DNA of 13,675 nucleotides from Promethearchaeota archaeon (lineage in GTDB: Archaea; Asgardarchaeota; Thorarchaeia; Thorarchaeales; Thorarchaeaceae), in NCBI GenBank assembly GCA_048939765.1, contig JBHLPF010000024.1:1-13675 (forward strand), in the 5' to 3' direction. Each line of letters starts with the position of its first letter. The first letter of the stretch is position 1. The translations under genes and the position numbers were made by a program. Positions 1 to 7,790 of this stretch are shown here, piece after piece. The notes under the pieces are model-generated. The model did not search any database. It saw nothing but the letters and a program-made list of their open reading frames with translations, and was not told the DNA's origin.

Positions 1-106
1 TGTAGGTCGATGCAGGATTGACCAAAGATGAATGTCCATTATTCGCAGGTGCTACAAACAGTAAGACCAAGAATATAGCTAAGAAACTACCTTTCCTCAA
101 AGGCAT
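1..106 (-). CDS. 5' end of a probable secreted or membrane-anchored protein (runs off the window)
   Basis: Manual translation from ATG at 106 gives MPLRKGSFLAIFLVLLFVAPANNGHSSLVNPASTY..., i.e. a basic n-region, hydrophobic h-region and APA cleavage-like site. GGAGGT lies just upstream (109-114, short spacing). The frame stays open to position 1. An in-frame TTG further upstream is an alternative start. Confidence 0.7.
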   Translation of the reverse strand, partial: MPLRKGSFLAIFLVLLFVAPANNGHSSLVNPASTY

Positions 107-323
107 AGACCTCCATTGCCAATCCTCTCTCAAGACTCCGACATGGTCACTAGCGTGCAGCTGGCGGTGTCGTGCTGGTTGATGGATTGCACACGCATAT
201 AATAAACAATGGCGTGCCAATCTGGTTCTTCAGACAATCGCCCTTGACGCTTTTTCGACAACTCGACTCAAACCAACGAGTTTGCTACATAGAAATTCGC
301 GGAGGGTTTTGCCTAATATGACT

Positions 324-1013
324 CTACTCGTTGAAGAGATAGGAAGCGTATCCTACAAATTGATAGTCCAGCCGGTCCTTCATGTCCGCTAGCAAATCAA
401 AAACACTGTTCTCCCGATGGTCACGAGGGTGAACTCCTATTTGAACAGAGCCTCCCAATTCTACCTCCAGCAATTGATTGGTGAACGACGTCGATTTTGT
501 GCCTTGACTGACAAGTAGGTCCGCAGTGGTCAAAACAGAGGAGTCAGAGAAACGATGGATGTTGTTGCCTATTGTACAATAGCTCATCCCCGCGTCTTGT
601 GCAGCGCCAGCAACTCGCTGGGGCGCTTTCCATAAGGGGGGTACAAATCCTACCGGTTTCTTCCCGATATGGTCAGAGATCATTGCCTTCCCAGACTTTA
701 TCCTTGGCAAGACGCGATCTCTTTCCATTTTCTGGAACTCGTCCATTGAGCCAGACTTAGTGAAATGGCTATATCCGTGCAGGGATAGTTCCAGATCCAA
801 AGAAGCTAGAAACTCGGAGAAGAGTGGATTGTGCTCAAGACTGTTGGATTTCTTGAGTGCATACATCGGGGTAACAAGCAAAGTGAAATTTGAGATACCG
901 AGGTCGATCAACTTATCGTACGTGATGACGACATCATCCTCAAAGGCAGGACTCACATCATGTAGTGAAAGAAGGGCTAGTCCGTCCTCCACATAGCGCG
1001 GTCCTTTGCTCAC
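324..1013 (-). CDS. Polysaccharide deacetylase / DUF2334-like (NodB/CE4-fold) metal hydrolase
   Basis: Motifs SLHDVSP, ELSLHGYSH, GFVPPLW and IGVHPRD match the CE4-like/DUF2334 pattern. GTG start. Confidence 0.8.
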   Translation of the reverse strand: MSKGPRYVEDGLALLSLHDVSPAFEDDVVITYDKLIDLGISNFTLLVTPMYALKKSNSLEHNPLFSEFLASLDLELSLHGYSHFTKSGSMDEFQKMERDRVLPRIKSGKAMISDHIGKKPVGFVPPLWKAPQRVAGAAQDAGMSYCTIGNNIHRFSDSSVLTTADLLVSQGTKSTSFTNQLLEVELGGSVQIGVHPRDHRENSVFDLLADMKDRLDYQFVGYASYLFNE

Positions 1014-1092
1014 TCAGTCGCCCCCATATAGTGGCGGTTTGTGCCTTGATGAACACCACTCTTCCCTGAACTCATCTCTCGTCCAGTTCCAA

Positions 1093-1329
1093 CTAAGACC
1101 CACGTGTCCATTGCTTGTATGCGAGGTCCATGTCCTTCTCAGTGATAGTCTTGCGTCCAGCATGGTCTGTGAGTTCATATGCGCGTTTAGCCAGATTCTC
1201 ACCGATTTCTTCAAGAATCTGTGCCAGTCGTTCTGCACCTTTGTCACTGACTCGCCCAGCACCAGCCTTTCTGATCAGTCTATCAACGGGTGCCACGGGA
1301 ATGATTCTATCTTTTCTTGACCTTGGCAA
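1093..1329 (-). CDS. Archaeal histone (HMf/HMt family)
   Basis: 78 aa with the histone-fold signature IPVAPVDRLIRKAGAGRVS...HAGRKTITEKD. TTG start preceded by GGAGA. Confidence 0.95.
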   Translation of the reverse strand: MPRSRKDRIIPVAPVDRLIRKAGAGRVSDKGAERLAQILEEIGENLAKRAYELTDHAGRKTITEKDMDLAYKQWTRGS

Positions 1330-1382
1330 TACTATTCTCTCCGCACATTAGGCATGCACTGGGGCTGTTCGTAGCTAGATGA

Positions 1383-1390
1383 TATTTAAA
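1383..1390 (-). promoter_or_regulatory. Probable TATA box of the histone gene
   Basis: TTTAAATA on the minus strand, about 55 nt upstream of the TTG start, preceded by purine-rich AAGAGG (BRE-like). Confidence 0.6.
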
Positions 1391-1481
1391 GCCTCTTACA
1401 TCTCTGTATGACAGCTTTAGAGGCTTAAGAGCGCCCCCCTGAGGCTCTTGAGGTTTCTAGTAAGAGCATAGTGAAGCGCGC

Positions 1482-2690
1482 CTAACTCGGTCTCAGTCTG
1501 ATTATGCGTGCCTGGGCAACCTGCTTCTTCAAAACATCCAAGTTCATGTTTTCTTCTGCCTTTTCAACCTCTTCAGATTCTCCTCTGGTCACTGGATATT
1601 TCGGTGCCAGTGTGCAGCACGAGAGACCTTCCTCCGCAAACTTGTAAGTCCCAATCCTCTGTGCCAAAGCCTCAATGTCTGATTTATCATCCCCAGCGCA
1701 TGGACGGAGTATAGGGAAGTCGCAGACTGCAGTATTGATTGCTCTGAGATTCTTTGTAGTCTGTGAGGCCTGCTCCCCAATAATCTCGCCAGTAACGATC
1801 GCGTCAGCCTCCTCTATGATGGCAATCTCTCTTGCCATTCTTAGCATATTCCTTTTGCAGAATAAACAGGTCATTTTCGGAGGCCCATGGATTTCAGCCT
1901 CACCCAGATCTTCTCCATGCGGGATGATGTATAGCTTGACTTCAAAATTATGAATGTAGTTTGCCAGTAGCTGTGCTTGCTGGGTTACAGTGGCACTGCA
2001 GTCATCAGTTGCATAAGGCGTGTTGTCGAAATTGACAAACACGGGAATGCAACCTCGCTTCATCACCTTGTAAGCCGCAATAGGAGAATCCAGACCACTA
2101 GAAAGAGTACAGACCACCTTTCCCTGGGATCCAGTAGGCATCCCGCCCACCCCTGCAATGGTGTCTATAAAGAGATAGGCACTCTGATTTCGAACCTCAA
2201 CATAGATTGACTGCTCAGGGGATGTAAGGTCGACCGTGAGTTCTAAATCTGGAAGGCCTGTTAAGATTGCAGCACCAAGCTTCTCCCTAATATCCTGACT
2301 GGAATAATCGTGCGTTCCTATCCTTCTAGAGCCAACAGCAAATGTCTTGCTCTTGACGAAGCTTTTTCGAGCCATCTCAAGACCAGTTTCAAGAATAACA
2401 TCTAGTTTGGAATCAACCACAATAACAGGAGAAACAGAAACGACTCCGAATATTCCTGATGCGATGGTGCTGGCTTCTTGTGTCATTTCAGTTACAATGA
2501 AGATACGGCCGTATTCTCTGCGAACCTTGGCAAAATCAACTCCAGCTTCACGCAGTGCCGCTTTAATGTGCCTGATTAGCAGGTCTTCCATGTGCCTTCT
2601 CGTCTGTTTGGATTTGATTCCAATTTCGCCATATCTAACAAGAACTTCGGAGTAGTCTGGACTCATATCAAAGATCCTCAGGACGGACAA
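1482..2690 (-). CDS. thiI: tRNA 4-thiouridine(8) synthase ThiI (NFLD-THUMP-PP-loop, no rhodanese domain)
   Basis: VRYGEIGIKS N-terminus, THUMP (VDLTSPE), GVGGMPTG, PP-loop variant LSSGLDS, CLFCKR, TGEIIGEQASQT and ILRP. In-frame ATG at 2666 is an alternative start. Confidence 0.95.
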   Translation of the reverse strand: MSVLRIFDMSPDYSEVLVRYGEIGIKSKQTRRHMEDLLIRHIKAALREAGVDFAKVRREYGRIFIVTEMTQEASTIASGIFGVVSVSPVIVVDSKLDVILETGLEMARKSFVKSKTFAVGSRRIGTHDYSSQDIREKLGAAILTGLPDLELTVDLTSPEQSIYVEVRNQSAYLFIDTIAGVGGMPTGSQGKVVCTLSSGLDSPIAAYKVMKRGCIPVFVNFDNTPYATDDCSATVTQQAQLLANYIHNFEVKLYIIPHGEDLGEAEIHGPPKMTCLFCKRNMLRMAREIAIIEEADAIVTGEIIGEQASQTTKNLRAINTAVCDFPILRPCAGDDKSDIEALAQRIGTYKFAEEGLSCCTLAPKYPVTRGESEEVEKAEENMNLDVLKKQVAQARIIRLRPS

Positions 2691-2796
2691 TAAGATTTGA
2701 TATTCGCGAATAAATCATTGCCAAGAGGAAGTGAACAAGGGGACAACCTTATCAGCTTGATGCAATATATCACAACACGCAGGTGGGGCGAAATCG

Positions 2797-3753
2797 GTGC
2801 GTATAGAATCCTCTTCAATGAGAGATGCTGATACTGCAGCATTGGCAAAAGTAACATTCCAAGCTAGACAGGCTTCGGTGAGAGGGAGTCCCGATTTTTC
2901 GGTTGCGAGGTTCAAGGAATCACTCGATGCAGCCGCTGATGACGATAATCTAAAGGTACTTCTCTGCATGTCCAATGGGTCAGAAGACTTGTTGGGTTGG
3001 CTCAGTCTCCATACGGGATTTGCGAGGATGGTCTTCATTGGAGAGTGGCATCCTGAGGTGTTGCCAAGCGATAGCTATGGAGTCGTGGCGAGGAAGCTAA
3101 TTCGGGAGGCGAAGAAGGAAACCAGGAGAATGGGAAGGGAGAGACTAGAGGCTCAATTCAATAGAATCACGAGCAGGGTCAGACCACTACTTCACAGATA
3201 TGAGGGCTGGTATAGGGAAGAGAGATTCAGATATGCAACGGAGGAAACCTATATGGAGGCCTCAATCAATGAAAACTTTCCTGAGTTTGAGGAATTTGAT
3301 GAGCTCGATATACGGCATATCTCCGAGATTAGCAATGAGGATCTTTTTGAACCATTCTTTGACTCATTTTTAGACAGTAAGGATGGTCTCTTTCTTTCTC
3401 TATCAAAGGACCAGCAGATGGATGCCTTCAATTATTGGTTCAGCAGAACAAGACAGTTCGTTGACGATGCAACGCTGTGCACACTAGACAATGATAGAGT
3501 GACTGGATTCATAGTAGTGAGAGAGGAGGAGGGAAAGGCGCATGTTGGGCCAATTGGGGTCCATCCGAAGCATAGAGGCAAGGGTATAGCTCGCAACCTT
3601 CTCGCAAAAAGCATGGATTCCATTAGACGGCAAGGATTCAAGAAAGTCGCCTTGGAGATGGATATCTTGAACACTCCGGCTATGAAACTCTACCAGCAAT
3701 TTGGATTCCAATCCATCCACAATTCTGTTTACTACTACTGGAATGCCACATAA
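2797..3753 (+). CDS. Tandem-domain GNAT family N-acetyltransferase
   Basis: The C-terminal domain has an acetyl-CoA motif IGVHPKHRGKGIARNLL and NTPAMKLYQQFGF. The N-terminal half carries a degenerate copy (VLPSDSYGVVARKLI...WYREERF). AATATAT lies at 2764-2770 upstream. Confidence 0.88.
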   Translation: MRIESSSMRDADTAALAKVTFQARQASVRGSPDFSVARFKESLDAAADDDNLKVLLCMSNGSEDLLGWLSLHTGFARMVFIGEWHPEVLPSDSYGVVARKLIREAKKETRRMGRERLEAQFNRITSRVRPLLHRYEGWYREERFRYATEETYMEASINENFPEFEEFDELDIRHISEISNEDLFEPFFDSFLDSKDGLFLSLSKDQQMDAFNYWFSRTRQFVDDATLCTLDNDRVTGFIVVREEEGKAHVGPIGVHPKHRGKGIARNLLAKSMDSIRRQGFKKVALEMDILNTPAMKLYQQFGFQSIHNSVYYYWNAT

Positions 3754-3979
3754 CAAGAGTTCCAAGCGTTCTCATCTCGCATCCAGCGTTTTGATATTCG
3801 GAAACAGACTGGCGGAGCAGACCTTGATTTCAAATGAGGGACCGCTGGTTTTTCACGCAAGAACAGCATAGTGTACGGTGGCCAAGTACATGAGATGTAA
3901 GCCAAGACCCCGGTGACCGCTCCTAAAGGAGCTATCATTTGAACTGAAACACCAGGTGGAGGAGGGGGAGATTTGAGGA

Positions 3980-4741
3980 CTATACATCAAGAGATACAGC
4001 GCCATTGAGACCGTTGACTCGCATCGTCTGGGCTTTTTCGTCTGCTTTGACCTTCACATAATATACAGGAACATAGAACCCGTCAAGGCGTTTGAAAGCC
4101 AGAGTATGTTCAGTGACTCGCTTTGCATCAGATGGTCTGCTTCCCGCAAGCTTGGCTACTGTTTTGACAACTTTCTCAATCGAGTTGTACTTGCCTGAAG
4201 CTATCTTGTTACTACGAATCCATGCAGGCGTCGCCTTCTTCTTACCTGGCCCTTTCAGTAGTTTCTCGACCGCATCAGCTGGACCGCCTGTCTTCCCATC
4301 AACAGTCATCCCATCAGATCGCTTAAGCTCAAAGAGTTCAATCAACTCAAGATGGAGGGCTCTACCTGGAACTGTCTTGCCCTTTTTCGGCAGGATTACC
4401 TCTTTGCCAACAAGAGCACCTGACACCTGTTCGTTGACACCGAGTTCTTGATTTCTAAGACGGAGGAACTTCAATTCGAGAATTGCATCATAGATGCAAT
4501 AGAATTCATACTTCAAAGAGGGCTTGGCAGCCTTTGCTGCTGTGGGGGATACTCCCAGAAAATCTGCTCCATCCTTGAGGGCATTCTTCATGGCTTTCCC
4601 TGGATCCACTTTCTCTTTGAAGTAGAATAGCTTCTTCTTCCTTTGATCAATCTTCATCTTGACGTGAGCACCTTTTATCTTGAACATTGATGCTGACACC
4701 TTGGGCTTCGCGGACTTCTTCTTGGCCAATATTGACACCAT
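3980..4741 (-). CDS. Basic (Lys-rich) hypothetical protein
   Basis: 253-aa ORF with protein-like composition and a C-terminal FYVPVYYV...VNGLNG beta motif. A TATA-like CTTATAG lies about 20-26 nt upstream, so the mRNA may be leaderless. Function not recognised. Confidence 0.75.
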   Translation of the reverse strand: MVSILAKKKSAKPKVSASMFKIKGAHVKMKIDQRKKKLFYFKEKVDPGKAMKNALKDGADFLGVSPTAAKAAKPSLKYEFYCIYDAILELKFLRLRNQELGVNEQVSGALVGKEVILPKKGKTVPGRALHLELIELFELKRSDGMTVDGKTGGPADAVEKLLKGPGKKKATPAWIRSNKIASGKYNSIEKVVKTVAKLAGSRPSDAKRVTEHTLAFKRLDGFYVPVYYVKVKADEKAQTMRVNGLNGAVSLDV

Positions 4742-4791
4742 GCTAGGAAAGACCCCTCAGCTATAAGTCATCTTTGGCGGCTTGCTACAAT

Positions 4792-6537
4792 TCATTTGTG
4801 TGAAAATGCAGCCTTGATTTTATCACCAGATTCGAATATTCGAGCAAAGCCCACACGCTCAAATTGGAGAAAAGTGCCTTCCACCATAGAACGCAGCCCT
4901 GGTTCACCTAGCCCGGCCGATATCTCTCCATCAATCATCGTCAATTCGACTGGCACTGAGTCAGTCTTTGGAATCCAATGAATGATTGAGCCTTTAACTT
5001 GCCGCACTTCATCAACATCTAAGCTGTGGAATGTGCCTATTGGCTTCTTGCCCTTTTTCAGAGTGAAATTTGCAAAATCCTTCAGTCTGAAGAGTTCTCC
5101 TCCAGATAGTTTCCTATAATCTACGTCAGATACGCCAACTCTCACAAGCGAGTCAGCCTTGTGACGTGAAAGCGGTATAATGCGAGTTCCGCGTTTCGGA
5201 AAATCTGGATGTACTGGAGCTTCTGCGGATTGCATATCTTCAGGAACTTGATGCAAATCTAGCCAAACAGGCGATGCTACAAAGAATGCCCGTGGAGCGT
5301 CGGCATCACGAAGCTTGCGATTCTCTGCGTATACAGCCTTCATTGACATTGAGATATCGGTGATACTGAGACCCAAATCTAGCAGTGCTTTTCTAATGGC
5401 ATCGGGATGTATTCCCCGCTTCTGCAATGACTGCAGACTCCATGTTCGGGGGTCATCCCATCCCGTGTAGATACCCTCGAGCACTTCCTTTCGTGACTTA
5501 CTCTTGCTGAGCTTGGCATCCTGGAATTTTAGCCGACCAAAATAGATGAGCTCGGGATGCTGCCATCCATAGATATTCCAGATGTGTTGCTCAATCTTGC
5601 CCTCTTTCACTAGGTCTTTGCCCCGAATAATATGCGTGACTCCCAACTCATGATCGTCAATGCCCCATGAATATTCCAGAAGGGGCCAAACGCGATATTT
5701 CGTGCCTACTCGGTGGTGTTCCGTTTCGGAGATTCGAAGAATCACATGGTCCCGCATTGCGGGGTCCGGATCAGTCATGCCTGTCCTGAGCCGTACAGCC
5801 GCGCTTCTCTCAGGATAAGTTCCATCCAACATCTTTTCCCATCGGGCAAGGTTCTCCTCCGTAGTGAGAAAGCTACAAGTGCATGCCTTTCCTTTGACCT
5901 TATGCTCGGTCCTCCAGACATCTGCATCACAGTCGCATACGTAGGCTTCGTTCCGATTAATGAGGTCAACTGCATATTTGTAGAAGATCTCTAGCCTGTC
6001 AGATTTGTAGATGGTGCGTTGCCAATTGACATTGAGATATTCGAGCCCTTCTGGAATAAGGTCAAAGGCTTCTGGCTCCACTGCTTTATCGGCTGAACCA
6101 ATTGTATCATCGAAGACGAGAATCAATTCGCCATCATACCGCTTGACATAGTAATCATTGAGGATGACCATTCTTGCATTGCCTATATGCAATGGGCCTG
6201 AAGGGAACGGTGCCAGCCGCATTACAACTTTTGGCCACTGGTCAACATTGGGAAGATCTGGAAGCTCTCTATCTTCAGCAACCTCGGGAGTTATTTCCAA
6301 CATCTCAGGGGCTATCTTCTTGAGCTCGGCTCGTTGCTCCTCCACTGACATCTTCTCAACTTCTGTCACTAGGCGTTGAGCAATCTCCTTAATCTCACGA
6401 GCACGAGAACGGAGGTCCGCTCTAGCACCCATTATCGCACTCATAACAGACTTCACTGTCGGTTTGCCGTCATACTTGACACCATTGTCTAATACGAATT
6501 TGCGAACCTCGTTCTCAAGAATGTCCAAATGCAACAA
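4792..6537 (-). CDS. gltX: Glutamyl-tRNA synthetase (archaeal type)
   Basis: RLAPFPSGPLHIGN (HIGH), FDDT, Zn-site CDC...CTC, THIIRGKD, KLSKS (KMSKS), GWDDPR and C-terminal QFERVGF. The start is one of the TTGs at 6537/6534/6528, with an in-frame TGA further upstream. Confidence 0.97.
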   Translation of the reverse strand: MLHLDILENEVRKFVLDNGVKYDGKPTVKSVMSAIMGARADLRSRAREIKEIAQRLVTEVEKMSVEEQRAELKKIAPEMLEITPEVAEDRELPDLPNVDQWPKVVMRLAPFPSGPLHIGNARMVILNDYYVKRYDGELILVFDDTIGSADKAVEPEAFDLIPEGLEYLNVNWQRTIYKSDRLEIFYKYAVDLINRNEAYVCDCDADVWRTEHKVKGKACTCSFLTTEENLARWEKMLDGTYPERSAAVRLRTGMTDPDPAMRDHVILRISETEHHRVGTKYRVWPLLEYSWGIDDHELGVTHIIRGKDLVKEGKIEQHIWNIYGWQHPELIYFGRLKFQDAKLSKSKSRKEVLEGIYTGWDDPRTWSLQSLQKRGIHPDAIRKALLDLGLSITDISMSMKAVYAENRKLRDADAPRAFFVASPVWLDLHQVPEDMQSAEAPVHPDFPKRGTRIIPLSRHKADSLVRVGVSDVDYRKLSGGELFRLKDFANFTLKKGKKPIGTFHSLDVDEVRQVKGSIIHWIPKTDSVPVELTMIDGEISAGLGEPGLRSMVEGTFLQFERVGFARIFESGDKIKAAFSHK

Positions 6538-6663
6538 CTCTGGAACAAATCCTTGTCCGACTCATTTAACGTTAACTGGATGACAAAACGGTATCACAGG
6601 GACACGCTTATTTGGCAAAAATGAGGGTTCGTATGTATTACTACGATTCCATGGTGCAGAAAT

Positions 6664-6960
6664 GTGTCGGAACTGAAATGTTGCAAGATATGCGGTGCAT
6701 TCTATACCTGTGATCACAAGGGGGAGTGTTGCCCAGAATGTGAGCATTACGACCCCATAGACAATCTGTGTATGGCTGGCCATCTCAAGAAGAAAGCAAT
6801 GCGAGATGCCACACTGGAAGAGAGAAATGAAGATGTCGATCCTGACACATTCCTATTTGAGGATGACGACGAAGACGAGTTCGACGATGATAGCAATTTG
6901 CCTCCAGAACGCGAACTTGAAGAGGAGGATGAATTCTTCGACGACGACGATTGGGATTGA
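6664..6960 (+). CDS. Small Zn-ribbon protein with a highly acidic C-terminal tail
   Basis: CKIC...CPEC plus additional Cys/His residues. The last ~40 aa are Asp/Glu-rich and end in FFDDDDWD. GTG start, divergent from gltX, and its stop lies 2 nt from the convergent gene's stop. Confidence 0.8.
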   Translation: MSELKCCKICGAFYTCDHKGECCPECEHYDPIDNLCMAGHLKKKAMRDATLEERNEDVDPDTFLFEDDDEDEFDDDSNLPPERELEEEDEFFDDDDWD

Positions 6961-6962
6961 TT

Positions 6963-7757
6963 CTAAGGCGCCAGCAATATAAGATTGTAGAAGTAAAGTC
7001 CCAGCAATCCTAATGCGATGAGCACAAGCAGGGTTGCGTTTCCCACTAGCCACATGCGGGCATTCTGTTTTGAGATTTTGATTGGACCCAATGGTTTCAG
7101 TCCAGTTGGAGCACTGCTGGTGACATCTACAGAACGCCAAACTATCTCCAATGGATTTGCGTCACTGGGGAATATATCCAAATAGAGATGTGAAGCGTAT
7201 CCAATTAGGAAGAGGGCTGTGATGTAATATTCAGTATGAGCTCCGATGCTCAACGAGTATGAAGACACAATGCTTTGCGCAACATTGACAAGTGTCATCA
7301 AGACAATGAGCAGGGGGAGAACAATTGAATGGAAAATTATGTTTCTGTGTCTTGCTATTCCTAGAAATGGGATGTCCCAGTCAGGCATGAGCGCGCCTGA
7401 CATCGTAATCACGGCGCCGATGAAGATCGAGATGTCCCCAATGAAAGGAATTCCCGAAGTCCATTGGTAGTAGACAGCTCCACATAAGGAACCTATGCAG
7501 AAAGTCATGAATGACATCGCTCCCACAGCGCCACGATTGCTACTTGTACGGTTGGCCATGTCCTTGTTGGGAGCTTTGAAGAACAAGATTGGGACGGCAA
7601 CAATGGTGAGGACGATACCGCCTGCAACGTAGTAGAATAGCAGATCAAAGAGAAGGCCTGAGCCTGTTAACCAGACACTGAAGGCATAGATTAGTGTGTA
7701 TAATCCTACAAAGAGAGAGAATGCGAAAATCATATGTGACAGACGGTTCATTGACAA
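6963..7757 (-). CDS. Multi-pass membrane metal-dependent hydrolase (YdjM/DUF457-like)
   Basis: About 6-7 hydrophobic segments. Motif order SH...GALMPDWD...HRNIIFHS...GYASHLYLD is the H / PDxD / HRxxxHS / SHxxxD signature. ATG at 7751 is an alternative start. Confidence 0.8.
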   Translation of the reverse strand: MSMNRLSHMIFAFSLFVGLYTLIYAFSVWLTGSGLLFDLLFYYVAGGIVLTIVAVPILFFKAPNKDMANRTSSNRGAVGAMSFMTFCIGSLCGAVYYQWTSGIPFIGDISIFIGAVITMSGALMPDWDIPFLGIARHRNIIFHSIVLPLLIVLMTLVNVAQSIVSSYSLSIGAHTEYYITALFLIGYASHLYLDIFPSDANPLEIVWRSVDVTSSAPTGLKPLGPIKISKQNARMWLVGNATLLVLIALGLLGLYFYNLILLAP

Positions 7758-7790
7758 CTCCTCAATGCCGTTGATTGACTTACGAGTGTC

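Noticed and set aside
1014-1092. Fluoride-riboswitch-like words (GGUGUUC...AAACCGCC) or a histone 3' stem-loop on the minus strand
   Set aside because: The GAUG start of P1 and the GCURAUGAC pseudoknot partner are missing, the downstream gene is not fluoride-related, and there is no match to the metazoan histone stem-loop.
3735-3938. 67-aa minus-strand ORF
   Set aside because: It has no recognisable motif or SD and overlaps the GNAT 3' end, so it is not supported as a gene.
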